A DNA stretch of 58,320 nucleotides, filler included, from Sphacelaria rigidula (GCA_964200075.2; 6 parts of 6 records of this genome joined end to end with filler, not necessarily neighbours in it), one strand, 5' to 3'; positions 24,170 to 37,015 are shown, numbered from the whole stretch's first letter. Notes: a model not told the origin generated them from the letters alone. A program made the numbers and translations.

Positions 24170-25620
24170 GCGTTCTGCCATGGACCCTGCCCCACGTACC
24201 CGACAAGTGGGCAACATCCCCGTACAGACAGTAGCAATGCTAGTGGATAAAAGATCTTGACAGTCTGGAAGCCGGCAAGGTCGTTATGGTACAGTACTGG
24301 GCGGTCTATTTAGGGGCGTTTTGGGGGTTTTCTCGCGTACTACTCTTCGATAGAAATCGAAACTGCTAGCATCGGTAAATTTTGGTACAACACAACAGAT
24401 CATCCTCGAAACACAGTGCCAAAGTCAGTGTATGTCGGTGTTATCGGGCGAAACGAGTAAATACCCTGTTCATCAGGAGGGTGTTATCGACCGTGAAACA
24501 CAGTTTTTCGGCCCTAGTGTAATGAGTAGGCATAATTTAAAAAAAATGAAACTGAACATTTCTTTACAAATATGATCAGGACGGGCTCGATTGATCAAAA
24601 ATTCACAAGAGTAAGAATCTAGGCTGAAACGTGGCAGGACCCCCGATGACCGGTCAGCCCATAAGTCACTCAATATGGAGCACATGTGATTTTTTCCTCT
24701 TGGAATGTGGAGCGGATACAAATATCTTCAGATCCCCGATGTGATAGGCGGTGGCAAGCGAAAAGAGCCCAAGAAAATGGCCAATTTCGAAAAAATCACA
24801 AAACGCCACAAAATGAATAGTTAGACCGCCCACTACTGTAGTGTTTTTCTAGCGATATCAACTTACAGTGCACTGTTGCAAAGTTCACAGGTGGATATTT
24901 TGGCGATTGCCTCGCCTGCAGTTTGCCCAGATGTAGTGGATTCTCCCACCATCCCACCGCGCCAGATTATATATGAAAATGTATCAGATCCTGCATTTTA
25001 TGTTGAAATGTCCCAGACCCTGGACGAAGATTCTACAGTCAGTACGAACACGGTGTTAAAAGTGTACTGCGCACAGTATACAATATATTGCCGATTATAA
25101 TTTGTGTAATACTCGTACTCGTACCTCAAGCCCGTAACTGCAACGCTACACTTCGAGACAACAACAGTGGGTAAAAATATCCAGGGTATGAAATGCTACA
25201 GGCGGCTTTCGCGCCATAGCGGTTGTGTTACCATACAGCTTCACCCAAGATACAGGCAGCCATGACAGCAGCAGAGGCGGCCTTTCACTCCTGCGTGCGC
25301 AACCTGGGGCAAACGCATGCTGTAGCTACAACACGGAGAGCTTTACAAAATGCGTCTTGGCGATCTAGGGCGTAGCCAAGGGTGATATCCCGCGAGACGT
25401 TGACCGCAGATACAAGCGGTTGCGTGCATGATGTGGCGAACTGCATAGGACAGCGCGAAATCAATGCAGCACAGGGATAGACTAAGGATGTGACGTTCTG
25501 TGCTGTGCTTTGTCACCCTGCACCCTGCCGCTGTGCAGTGAGCAGGTTGGTACGCAGTGTCGAACACACAGCAGCAAACAGCATATTTTATGTACTACAG
25601 ACAAAAATATATGTGTGTTT
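24170..25620 (+). repeat. Long interspersed repeat R6 (homologue at 49130-49970, -), interrupted by the TA-MITE
   Basis: Collinear blocks such as CCCGTACAGACAGTAGCAATGCT, CTAGCGAT.TCAACTTACAGTGCAC and GGGTGATATCCCGCG occur in both copies. Confidence 0.75.
24292..24838. mobile_element. 547-bp Tc1/mariner-pogo-type MITE with TA duplication
   Basis: TA|CAGTACTGGGCGGTCTA...TAGACCGCCCACTACTG|TA; empty site seen in the homologous repeat at ~49850. Confidence 0.88.
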
Positions 25621-26588
25621 CGAGACCGATGCGCAGGTGGGACCCGCATCTAGAGAACCCAGCACCAACTCGCCCTGTTCTAGCGGATAGAAAAGTATTT
25701 TCAGCAAAAACCGCTTGCGACATGTGCTGTAATGAATTTCATGCGTCATGCAGCTTTCTCTCATGTGCGGCATCGCCCGTGAGGCGAGCTGTTGGAGTTA
25801 ACAGTGCCCAACCCTCTTCCCACCATGACCTCCTGCCTGAGCTCAAGACAATTGAAACTGCGAAAGATGACTTCAGCTAATAGAACGTACTGTACACCTC
25901 AACGTGAAATACCGCCTTCATATTATGGAAAAGGAACAGCACTGAATGGTGCACAAGCTAGGCTCACCGGTTTATCAAATGGTTGACGATCAAGCTCGGC
26001 AGGTAACTGGCGACCGTGTCTATCCAGTGCATGGTTGAGAACCCTTACGCAGTCCAGATATGCCCCCGTCACAGCCGCCGCCAGCGCTCCTCAACCTTTT
26101 TCTAGGTGAAACCCTTTCCTCCGTTATAAACACCGACCACCTGCTGTTCCCGCTGCTGTGCCGATTCCACGTCCCTTTTCTCGTGCTACAAGTGTTGGGC
26201 TGAGCACGTCTTCGCCTGGGATTGACTAAATAAAGTAACGTGAATATACGAAAACACTCGTGCTATGCAAAGCATGAAAAGCGAACAGAATGTCATGGCC
26301 GAGAGAGAAAGAGAAAGAAAAAAGGGAACGGGACGTGGGGCGGGGGGGAAGGGGCACAAGGATCGGTAACTGTTTTCAGTTTTCATGTTGCTCCGAAGCC
26401 TCGTTTTTGTGAAATAAGATCTTTGGCCACGTGGCTCATACAAAAATTGAACGCAGTTCTTCACACACCAGTCATTTCCCCCCATTAGAACTGCTGTGAC
26501 TTACTGTGACTTCACCAACCCCTCCTTCATGAGACCGTGACTTGAACCCGGGTTCGTTTCACCACCCTAATCCTGTAGGCGGGGGAAT

Positions 26589-27162
26589 GGGGGGTGTACT
26601 TATGAGCATGCATGCCATAGTCAAAAGACCGTTGACCTCGCATCCGTACAAAGCCGGGACGGAGCACACCGGGATTTCGCCGGACCAGGCTCGCACTCAG
26701 TCACCAAGCGCGAGGCGCCGTAGTGTGTTCGACGAGTTGCACGAAGGGTGAGCTGCATTCTGCTAAGATTGTTCGGCCCGAAGCGTACTAATTATCTTGC
26801 ATTTTGGAGGACAGCCTCCAATGAGTAGCTTCACTCTCTGGTTTTGTCACTTCCAGAGTCAGCCACGGCTAATACACCGCCTCATGGGTGTCTCACCATT
26901 TAAACACTACGTAGTACGATCATCCCCATTGTGCAGAGTTGAGGTTCTCCCACGCCGCACAACATAATCTAGCTCGACTACCATCATGGTTTACCGCAAA
27001 AACAAACTCAAGCGCGCGAAGGAAAAAACGGTAACCCGGTTGCCTAGCTTACGCAAAGAGTGGCGTGTTTTATAGCGTCATCACCAGCCGACGCCAACCC
27101 CATCGGGGTCCGCCCATACAAAGCCGGCACAAAGCACGCCGGGTTCTCGCCGGACCAGCCTG
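26589..27162 (+). repeat. R1, longest copy (~570 bp), with a ~45-bp direct repeat near both ends
   Basis: TACAAAGCCGG.AC..AGCAC.CCGGG.TT.TCGCCGGACCAG at ~26647 and ~27117; homologous to copies in all other contigs. Confidence 0.82.
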
Positions 27163-29112
27163 GGCGGGGGGAGGGGGAATAACATATCAGCGTCCGACCG
27201 GTACGTCACTGATGTATGCATGTAACACCATGACGCGGTAAATAAGGGGAGGGGGGGGGAGCATGACAGGATGACCTTGCCAATGGCATTCTCACCATCA
27301 TAGTTATAATGGAGTCATGTTCGCCAGTGCTCAGGTGGATCGTCCGATATTTGCCCTGTCTACGACGCTTCATTGCACTGGTGACCTACCCTCGCGGTCA
27401 AAGGGATGAGCGTGTAAGACTATCTATTATAACACACTCAAGTTGCGCTTGTAAGCATGCCCGATCCTTTTTTTACACATGACAGCAGGCTTGACTAGGG
27501 CGGTGAAAAAAGTGACCGTTAGAACACCCGATTTTGTCAGAAGAAAAACAGCAGGGCACACCTGACTCGCAGCTGAAATATGATATCGTTCCCATTTGGG
27601 TTCATGTGCATACCCTTTCGTGCTCACATGTATACCCTTTTTGGTTCAATGGTGACCCCTCCGCGGGCTCCGCAGAGGATACGCCGAACAGTCCCATAGC
27701 CTAGTGTTTTAAATTGCACGTCGCCAACAGAGCGAAAAGCCGAGCGAAAAAGAAAGTCTAGCCCGCTGTTGGTTGTCCCGCAAACCCGGAAAAAATCCAA
27801 CCATGCGTGCAGGGCGCGAACGCTTGTGTGCGGGAAATGAAGAATCATGAGTCATTCAGGCAGGTGTGAAAAGTCCTGCCGACAAGCACACATCCGAAAG
27901 TCGTCATTCCGAGTCACCATGTGAAAGGTCAAGGCTTGTATGGCCATGGCCATAAGAGGCGGCCTTTCTGTCGCCCGTGTCTTATCGAGAACAAGAAAAT
28001 AAAGCGGAGAGCGAAACAAGCGTCCAAAAGCAGTGTATCGATAAGTCGCTACAACCATCGTAGACTCGCCCGGCGATCGATCAATGTGCTGCTTTGGTCT
28101 GTTTCGGTTCTCGCTTCTTTTTTTCGTCTCGGTTTCGTAAGGCCTGAGGCTTCGAGCGGGCTAACTTATCACGAGTACTGCATCAGGAGTGCCGACAGTA
28201 CGGCGCGATTAATTTTGCAGGTGGGGTATGCAAATAAAAGTGCACAGGTCGCGAACGCCTCCAGGACCAAATCCACGATATACGCGAGAAAATCATCTCG
28301 TTGTGTTGTTTGTGTTTGTGTTTGTATGTGTTGTTCTTTTTGTCGTTATTGCTGTTGTCGTTGTCGTTGTCGTTGTTGTTGTTGTCGTCGCTGCTTCCCT
28401 TCTTTTTCCATTTCTGTTGCTGTTGCTTCTGTCTTTTTCTCCTGTTCCTTTCCTTCTTTCTTATTCAGTTTTTTTTTTGCTGCTCCTGGCCACGGGCTGG
28501 ATTGTTGCAATCAGCTAATGTGAGATAAACAATCGATAACTCAATCAATTAATACTGTTACAGTGCTCGGAAATGGTTTGTCCAACCATTTAACTGGGTA
28601 ATGGTTACGCGTAGCGCAACCATTACCCAGTTAAATGGTGCATAATGGTTTGGTAATCGAGCGGCGCAGCCGCGAGCGAAGAAGCTCTCCCCGGCAGAGG
28701 GGGCCCCGCTGGAGGCGTCGTGCTGGAGGTGCATTTTAACGCTATGTGGCTCCACCAGAGCTCAAAAATACGTCAAATTTGGGCCAATTTCAAGGCAAAA
28801 CCATAGCGCACTTGGCTTGGAATTTCGATTAACCCTTAGTCAACGACCCCCCGCTGGTAGACTGAGGTGGACACTGCACTTTTTGGATTCAGAATCATTC
28901 CTTTGTCACAACTCAAAACGCCTACTCTACGGCGCAAGGGACCGGGAGTGCAAAAGAGGCACATACTTGCGTCATAACACAGACGGTGGTGTGGTTGTCG
29001 ACCACCTGATTATTACGCCTCATATTTTTGCTGTGCAGTCTGTAGTGTATCGTGCCGCGGCTGCGCGTGCGGTCTGCAGCGTACTGGGTCTTACAGTGTT
29101 GAACGTGCCGAG

Positions 29113-29212
29113 NNNNNNNNNNNNNNNNNNNNNNNNNNNNNNNNNNNNNNNNNNNNTTAATTAATTAANNNNNNNNNNNNNNNNNNNNNNNNNNNNNNNN
29201 NNNNNNNNNNNN
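29113..29212. other. Artificial contig spacer
   Basis: Same 100-nt linker. Confidence 0.97.
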
Positions 29213-29470
29213 CCCAACGCATACCGAGAACCCTCGGGCAAGGGCGGAACATACATTCCCTAGGCAAAGTGCGGCCTTGGTAGACCCCAAATCGATGCCT
29301 GTGACGCTGATTTAAACGAAAACGCGTTCTGTGCACACAACAAGGAGCATACGGGACTGTCAGTTCCACTAAAATTCCGGTGCTCGTCGTTCACACCTAA
29401 AGCAGATTTTACCGGCGTTGGGCTACGTTGTAGAATAGTTGATATTGTTTGATTTGAGTCTGAATGACGA
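29213..29470 (-). mobile_element. R4-related element, inverted relative to 30876-31175 and rearranged
   Basis: 29213-29393 is a near-identical reverse complement of 30929-31106; 29411-29470 is a direct copy of 30876-30938. Confidence 0.75.
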
Positions 29471-29834
29471 TGATTAACTAGCGTCGCCTATTCCATCGCT
29501 CCTGTTCCACCTCTCCCATACTTGGAGCGTGGGACATCGGGATACATTTTTTTTCGGCATGCAGCAGTACAACTCCACCTCTATCCCGTCCATACCCACT
29601 CCTCGATAGAGGGCTTAGCCTACATAAACCGCCGACTGTGTGCATTTCGTTGTCATCCAGCTTGTTGAATAATAACACGTCAATCGGCCGCCTCCTTGAT
29701 AATCGGAAGTGATGTCCCAGTCTATGTTCCCGATGGTAAATGCAAGGCTTATGCTACCGGATTACGAATCTTCCACGTGCTCTAGTTCGAAGCAGAGATA
29801 TTGATATGGTCAACGTAACTGCAGTACACATTGT

Positions 29835-30276
29835 AACACGGGATCTTACAAATTTGGGATGGATGTTTTATTGGGGATGAGAAACCCGGAGAATTAAAAT
29901 CTTCGTATCCACACCAAACCGTCGAAATATGGTTCCATTTCTTCACCTTCCGATAGCTATTGACAACTGCCACACGCCATAGAAGTTTGGATCTCGATAA
30001 CCGAAATGTTGGGGTCCTAGGTGAAAAACCAATTATGGAAATTCTGGGTGTCCGAACGGACGCCAAAATGGTTCCGATATTGGTTTTTCACCTAGGACCC
30101 CAACATTTTGGTCATCGAGATCCAAATTTCTATGGCGTGTAGCAGTTGTCAATAGCTATCAGTAGGTGAAGAAATAGAACCATATTTCGAAGATTTGGTG
30201 TGGATACGAAGTTTTTAATTCTCCGGGTTCCTCATCCCCCTAAAACATTCATCCCCGATTTGTAAGATTCCGTGTT
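29835..30276. repeat. 442-bp near-perfect palindrome (foldback)
   Basis: Two ~220-bp arms, roughly 90% complementary by eye, centred on GTCCG-AA-CGGAC at 30050-30061. Confidence 0.93.
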
Positions 30277-30875
30277 CTGTTGAAACAAATCAAATATGCT
30301 TTATCGATAGCCACCCAATAGGTTACATCGTGAAATCCCTATGTCATGACAAAGTTATTCCGATTGCTGTGTATAATGAGAAGGTACCCTACCGGTCAGG
30401 TACTTTTCCCAAGAATCGAACGGTCACCGTCGTCAGTTTTTCTTTTCATGGACAAAACATTCGCGCTCCGGACCACAAGGATTGGATTTTCATTGGTTCC
30501 AATTATTTTCCGAGCTGTCGTTGGGCTATATCTATGGTAAAATGGTTGCACACACAAACAGCACGTTGTTGCCAGGTGGCTTGTGCAGGTGTACGGTGGT
30601 CGTTAGCATTTTTCGGATCTCAGACGAAGAAAAAGTTCGAGCCGGCACTTAACGGTGGGGACCTACGTTACAGTCTGCGAAGATGTGAACAATCTCATGC
30701 GATAACGAACTCGAACTGCTATGACCCACGACGTGTTGTGTTCGTTCTCGACATGAAAAAAGGCGAAACATCACACGCGAGTCACCAACCAGCGCATTTA
30801 GCCTTGATATCCTTTCGTCTCGGGCTCGTGAATCCTATTATAGTGGCATCTGCTGACAATTTATTTCAGTAGTTC

Positions 30876-31175
30876 ACCGACGTTGTGGGGCTACGTTATA
30901 GTATGGTTGAGATTACTTGATTTGAGTCTGAACGACGAGCACCGGAATTTTAGTGGGACTGACAGTCCCGTACGCTCCTCGCGTGCACAGAACGCGTTTT
31001 CGTTTAAATCAGCGTCACAGGCATCGATTTGGGGTCTACCAAGGCCGCACTTTGCCTAGGGAATGTATGTTCCGCCCTTGCCCGAGGGTTCTCGGTATGC
31101 GTTGGGTTGGGGTTAGGGTTTTAGTGGCTATTGTAAATTGTGTCAACCATTTTAAAGCGTAGCCTAGCGACGGTT
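30876..31175 (+). mobile_element. R4-related TIR element
   Basis: Shares GTATGGTTGA..ACTTGATT and CCCTTGCCCGAGGG..CTCG...TTGGGTTGGGGTTAGGGTT with R4; GGCTACG...ATGGTTGA / TCAACCAT...CGTAGCC inverted ends. Confidence 0.7.
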
Positions 31176-32189
31176 ACGTAGCCTCTTATTATGCTGCACG
31201 TCAACGTGCCGTGCAACAGTTTGAAAGGTGTATGTGACCGTCTTCCAAATAAATTGTTTCGCTCTCATTCCCATCTGCAACTACTCTCAATCTCACGAAA
31301 ACATAGATAAACTCACGATATGAACAGTTGGTTAAGTTGTAGACCGAGTAACATACACTCTCAATCAAATGCGAAGGAAACATTCAATCTGGCATATATA
31401 TGCTAGAAACTCCACTGCCTCAATTATTTGCCCCGTCCGCCAAGCAGATGGCCATCTCATTCGAACCGCAGTTAGTCGTAAATAAAATAACGGAGAAGGG
31501 TTCCGATCGTCCAATCGTGCATGCGTCGACCCAGTGACTACTGGGTCAAATAAAACATGTACCCAGCAACAGCCACCAGAAACACAGCTGCATCAACCGA
31601 GGTAAATATCGCAACAGTCAAAGGACGGCAGACAACTCAAAACTCGATCAGATGGCCTCCTCCATAAGAGCACAACAAATCTATACGCAGTGCACCCCGC
31701 ATCGTCCGCGGTCGATACCATAACCACGACCTTCACCGATACCGTCCACATGTTAGCAACCGAGATGATCTTACCAGCATGATGAGAGATCGAGTTCTCC
31801 GACCAAGACCGTTGGTGAAATATTGCCGTCCTCAGGATCTGATCAAACGCGCTTTGGTTCGGGTGAGCACTTACTTGTTAAAGCAGGCCGAGTATCGGCT
31901 CGCGTGGCTGCGTACTCCAAGGCATACAAACAGAAACTCCAGATGCGAGTAAAACAACAGGGCAGTGGACAACATCGAGTCGATCCGCGCCATTTTCAGC
32001 GGAAAGGGGGTCTTGGCGAAACACAGGTATTCGGGCTCTGTTCGTGCCTCTCTGAAACCGATCGAAGTTCCATCCTGACGGGAAGGAAAGTCCACAACGG
32101 CAGCAGGGAAGTCGACTTTCACGAACGTGTGGGCACGCCGCTACACATCAGTGCCGCGCAGTTCGCCTCCTTTAATCCCCGAGAGTGTT

Positions 32190-32325
32190 TAACAGGAGCA
32201 CATTGTTTGTGTGAGAGATCATACACTCGCGGAGATGTTCTTGGCGTGCTGAGTGAAAACAGGAACACGTTGTTTGTATCAGAGATCCAAACACTCGTGG
32301 AGATATTCCTGGCGTGCTGAGTGAA
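32190..32325. repeat. Two-copy ~67-bp tandem repeat
   Basis: AACAGGA.CAC.TTGTTTGT...AGAGATC..ACACTCG.GGAGAT.TTC.TGGCGTGCTGAGTGAA twice. Confidence 0.85.
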
Positions 32326-33268
32326 CAAAAATACCTCCAGCGGTGATCGAACTGTTGCTGCCGTGATCCATATGAGGGCTGCCGTTCTGTAATGTGAGCT
32401 TTTTTCATGCCCCACTGGTCGGATGCTCTGCAGGCTGTGTGTGTGTGTGTGTGTGTGCATTTTCGAAAATTCCCCCGTGAGGTCATTACAAACTGCGGCG
32501 ATATGTGGTTTCACTAGGAACAAGGGTGTTTTATGATCAACTACTTGCCGTTGCATCTGTGATCCACGTCGTCATGCGCCGACCGCAAAGCTCTTGCCCA
32601 AGAAGAGCTTCCAAGCGGCGTTGTCGGCAGTACGTCAAACAAGCCCAGACATGGCTTTTATTGCTCTACTGACCGTACAACAACCCTAGCACCGGAATTT
32701 TCAATTTTTGAGCAAACAGTTCCGTTCTTCTTTTTTAATTATTTAATGGAATCAAAATGACTCTCGAACGCTGCGGGAAAATGCTGGCTTTGGGTTCGGT
32801 CAAATATACAAATATTTTGTCGAGTTTCACTCACCATTCTGGGATTTGAATAAAGCGATGAGTATAGGATCGAACTGAAATGGACAGGTTCACGGTCGAA
32901 ATGAATTTTGTACAGGTGAAACGCAAAATGTCATCCGAAGACAACTCTCTGTGCCCGTCAGTATTCCATGGAGATTGCAGAACCTGTGTCATCGTGTTGT
33001 GTAATAACTGGCGGGAACCGGGGAAGGCACCCTTCTGCAGCTTTTGAGAACCGTTTTCGTTCTATGGAATAAGATACAGTAGTAACCGCGATTCGAGAGA
33101 AATTATGTAAAGAGAAAGGGCCGATTTAAGAGAGTTAATCAGCTTGGCACGACCAAAATCGATCGGGGGGAATTCACCAAGTCATCTTGCCGACACGGGG
33201 ATATGCATCAAGTGGCATGAGATTCACTCTGTGAGCTGAAATCCGCTCTTCCCCAGCTTTTATTCATC

Positions 33269-33580
33269 ATGGTGAGACATCTATGAGGGAGTGCATAAGC
33301 CGTGGCTGTCCCTGGAAGTGGCGGTACCAGAACCATGAAGCAACTCAGTGGAGGCTGTCATCCAAATGCAAGATATTCAGTAGGTTTCGGGCCGAACACT
33401 CTTAGCAGGATGCGGTTCACCCTTCATGCGACTCGCCGAACACACCACGGCGCTTCGCGCTTGGTGACTGAGAGGAAGCCTGTCCCGGCGAAGACCCAAC
33501 GTGCTCCGTCCCGCTTTGTAGGGATGCGAGGTAAATGGTCTTATGACTACGGCATGCATGATCATGAGTACGGGGTTACC
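33269..33580 (-). repeat. R1 partial copy
   Basis: Reverse-complement match to 26590-26900. Confidence 0.78.
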
Positions 33581-33962
33581 CATGTGAATAAAACGACACA
33601 CTTTTCACTTTCGCCGACGGAGACTCAATCTCGTATCAGAGCCAGGAGATATCACGAGGGCGGAAACCACAGCAGCATCAGCGAGGACACCAGTTACCTT
33701 CGCTGCCTGAAGCAAGTAGCCACGTTTTTTTTCAAAGCAGGAGCCTGGTCATCTTGCAAATTGCATCAAAGGCATTGAGGTTGACGCAAACCTTCAGCTG
33801 CCAAGATAGATCCGGGACATCGGTGCACTTCACCAAATCAGAGCGATAAATACTACAGCCCCGCACCGTGCACACCCACCCTGCTCCCAATCCCCAGCCT
33901 AATTGTCCATTTTCTGCGGCACGAAGAAGTGGCCCTATTCACACGTTGAGGTGTGCATGTAA

Positions 33963-34094
33963 TCAAAGGTGGAACGTGCGCCTTGTAGAGTCCATTTCTT
34001 TCCGCTTGTGGATCCACTCATACTCCCCGAACTGTGTATCAAACGTGCCTTCCTGTAACCATCGCATCTTGAGCGTAAACCGAGGTCCCAGCTC
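33963..34094 (-). CDS. RPF1: RPF1 terminal exon
   Basis: gcgcacAG then [43 protein letters not shown], the Brix ExGPRFTL motif plus the typical RPF1 C-terminus. Confidence 0.95.
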   Translation of the reverse strand, partial: ELGPRFTLKMRWLQEGTFDTQFGEYEWIHKRKEMDSTRRTFHL

Positions 34095-34693
34095 CTGTGC
34101 GCATGTTGTGAGGTCCCGTGGAACGGAGTCGTGTGCGGAATGGGGCAGGGGCGAGAGAGGGGTGGGGGACACACACGGGATGTGTTTGCGCAAATCGAGG
34201 ATTGTTTGACGTAGCTCGCTGATGAGGATGCGAGCTTGTCTAGCCTCTTGTCAGCTACAGGTACAAATTGTCTAGGTAGAAAGGATGACAAGTGATACAT
34301 GAGAATTAAACATGGCATAAATGCAGCTCCTGCGTATTTCTAGTGTGTTGTGAACCGGAGGCAGGTCGGCAGGCGACAGGGGATGGGATGAGGCGGGGAT
34401 TCGTCAACTCATGAAATACTTCTACATTTCAGCTTACGTGGTCAATTGATCAGCAAAAAATACGGTTCGTTTTTTGTTTACTGGCATACCTGAGTCGAAA
34501 AGCTTACTGCTAGATCCACACATACTTGAGACTCTTTACTCGTGGCTACAGTACAGTGCATATTTGTCGCGATGTGGTTTGTGCCCAACGCACAATACTC
34601 AGCACAGAAACATGGAGTGGCCCCTTTCACACACATCAAGCAAAACGTGCCTTCGCTTCACGTCTACTTGCGAACAGTCGGTGACTTTTGTAC

Positions 34694-34822
34694 CTGAAGT
34701 CTCGCCCTTGTCTTCTTGTCCTGCCCGTTTCCTTCCGCAAAAATGTAGCGGTGATACCGTACGAAGATGTAATCGCGCTGGTTGTGAAACGTGACCACCT
34801 GTCGCCCGACGAAGTCAGGTTC
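34694..34822 (-). CDS. RPF1: RPF1 exon
   Basis: ccgtgtAG...GTacaa; [43 protein letters not shown], with the [10 protein letters not shown] motif of RPF1. Confidence 0.95.
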
Positions 34823-34908
34823 CTACACGGAGAACGGGGCGCAGTTGGGGATACGGCGGGCACCAAAACGCAGACGACGGAATTGAGAGAGAGAGAGAGA
34901 GAGAGACG

Positions 34909-35250
34909 GTGTGTGTGTGTTTGTATGTTGTCTCATCTATTCTGGGCACCGGTCTACACCTTTCGGTACATGTGGGCGCAGCAGAAGAAGACCAAAACAG
35001 GGCCTTTTTCTTTCTTGTTTTAGTTCTCCACCTCCCTTCTGCGGTGCTTGCCTTTATTTTTTATCGCGAGGGGGTTCAGCAGTCCCTTTCCCTCGTCGAC
35101 CGTCAAGTCGAATTTTGTGTACCCACGGCATAGTCGCTCTCCACTGTTGGGCAGTGTGTGAGAAAAATCCCAGGTCGCTCCGACATTTGAACGCACGACC
35201 CAACTGTCAGAAGGATTCGAGGTTGAAACTGAGTCACCGGGGCGACCGAC
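34909..35250 (-). mobile_element. tRNA-derived SINE, full length, in an RPF1 intron
   Basis: Head GTCGGTCGCCCCGGTGACTCAG...CGTTCAAATG, conserved body, tail CAGAATAGATGAGACAAC(AC)n. Confidence 0.78.
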
Positions 35251-35574
35251 GTAAAAGCAAAGTAGTCGCGAAAAACAACCATCACGACGTGCAATTACAA
35301 TTCACGCTACTCTTGAGGTGGACTGCATTTTCGACATTTGGGGCGGTTTTCAGCCTCAAACAAGAACTATCCTGCTCAGAAAGGTAATGCCCAGTGCCCA
35401 CCCACGACACATGGTGCAGGTATCCCTTTGGGAGGAGGGGGGAAGGGGGTCAAAGCCAGAGTCAAATAAGCCAAAGCTGCAACATCAAAACAATCAAAAT
35501 CTAAACCTTAAGTTTTCAGTCGCCACCCAATTCCTATGAAAAATAGTATACATCTTCGTAACAGAGTATCTCAC

Positions 35575-35758
35575 GTGTGGATAGAAGGAGCCGAGAAAAC
35601 GACCGACCCTGTGTCCCAAGCGGGTGTTGAAGTTGTTGAGGATGATCTCCGGTTGGTGCGCTGTCGTTTTCCCGTGGTTAAAAATGTCACCGCTATTTAC
35701 TACATTGGATACCTTGAAGAATGCCGTTGGCCCTTCTGGAAGCACCGAGACGATCAGC
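35575..35758 (-). CDS. RPF1: RPF1 exon
   Basis: ttctccAG...GTgaga; LIVSVLPEGPTAFFKVSNVV...HQPEIILNNFNTRLGHRVGRFLGSFYPH, with the LPxGPTA and PExILNNFxTRLG motifs. Confidence 0.95.
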
Positions 35759-36324
35759 CTGGAGAACAACGCCCACAACACACAAGACAACGGACTTCAG
35801 AAAACAACCGCATGGTTGAGCACACGATACGTATACTTCATTGGCGCAGAGTCGGAGATGATCTATATCATCGCACCTCCAGTGGTTGATGTTTGCGTTT
35901 GAGTTAGGGCTAGCGTCGTAGATGTATTGACTTTGTTTGCCTCAACCATTACTTCCTGCCATTTCGTAAATAGTCCTTCGTCGAAGGGTGTGACTTGGTG
36001 TTTGTCGGATCAAGACCTTCACATTGCTTTGAATCCGGTAGACAACGCCGGGACAACAAGTCTCCGTTTCCGACAGCAACATCGCTGTTTTCCTAATACA
36101 CGGTAGGGCAAACTCGTGCTGCACATACCCACTTTGGGAGAGAGGCATCGGACATATCGACAAGACAGCCGGACGAAACAAGCCCTCACTTGACGCGTAC
36201 GCGCTCTGTGCTGCCGCAATAGGCCGAACCCTTCTGATTCACAACTTCAACTTTCCGAGCGGCTTCTTTACATCTCGAGGTCGACATCTGTTTCCAGACA
36301 CCCGTCGATGGCACAAGATCTTAC

Positions 36325-36418
36325 CCGTTGCACTTCTTGAGACGTTCCGAGATGACGAACAGATGCGTGAACTTCTTGTTCGACGCCCACTGACAAATTT
36401 GCTTCACTGTAAACGATT
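36325..36418 (-). CDS. RPF1: RPF1 exon
   Basis: gtgttccAG...GTaaga; (K)SFTVKQICQWASNKKFTHLFVISERLKKCN(G); phase 1/2. Confidence 0.9.
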
Positions 36419-37015
36419 CTGGAACACACGGAGCAAAGTGTACGCACGCGAAACCCCCCGATCAATATCAGCAACACCAGCCATAGCATCAAGTAATTGA
36501 TCTTGCATGCCGTGACCATGGGACCAATGGCCTTGCATCACTGCAAAGCCGGGACAGTGTGTACTCATGATCATGCATGTTATAGTCATAAGAGCGAGAC
36601 AGGGGGGGCAAGTAAAGGCCATCACACGGCAGCAAATAGAAACATATATTGCAAGGGGAATCGTGGTGACAACTGCAATGGAGTGTGAATCATCGACCAA
36701 GCTTCAAACACGTGTAGCAAGACAAGAAGAAAAAATATGCCACCATGAGAAAGTGAGTCACTGGATATATACATCCAACACCAACACTTGCCCAGATTGG
36801 ATCCCGCACCGCCGTCCATTCGCACACACGAATACCGCTGCCATGGCACGGACACTGGCCTCGTTACAGAAGGTTGTACTTCCCTCCAAAGACGGCCTGT
36901 GTTTACGTTTACAAGACAGAGTGTGTTTTCTTCCCTCGAGGATATCCAAGCCTTCGACCCCGATACTATCGACAGGAAAAAACGTCAAGAAGGTTGTGGT
37001 GAACAATAAACTTAC

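Noticed and set aside
31823..32556. Overlapping 100-165 aa ORFs on both strands (likewise 42772-43567)
   Set aside because: No recognisable domain and no consistent splice-site/phase support; partly explained by a tandem duplication.
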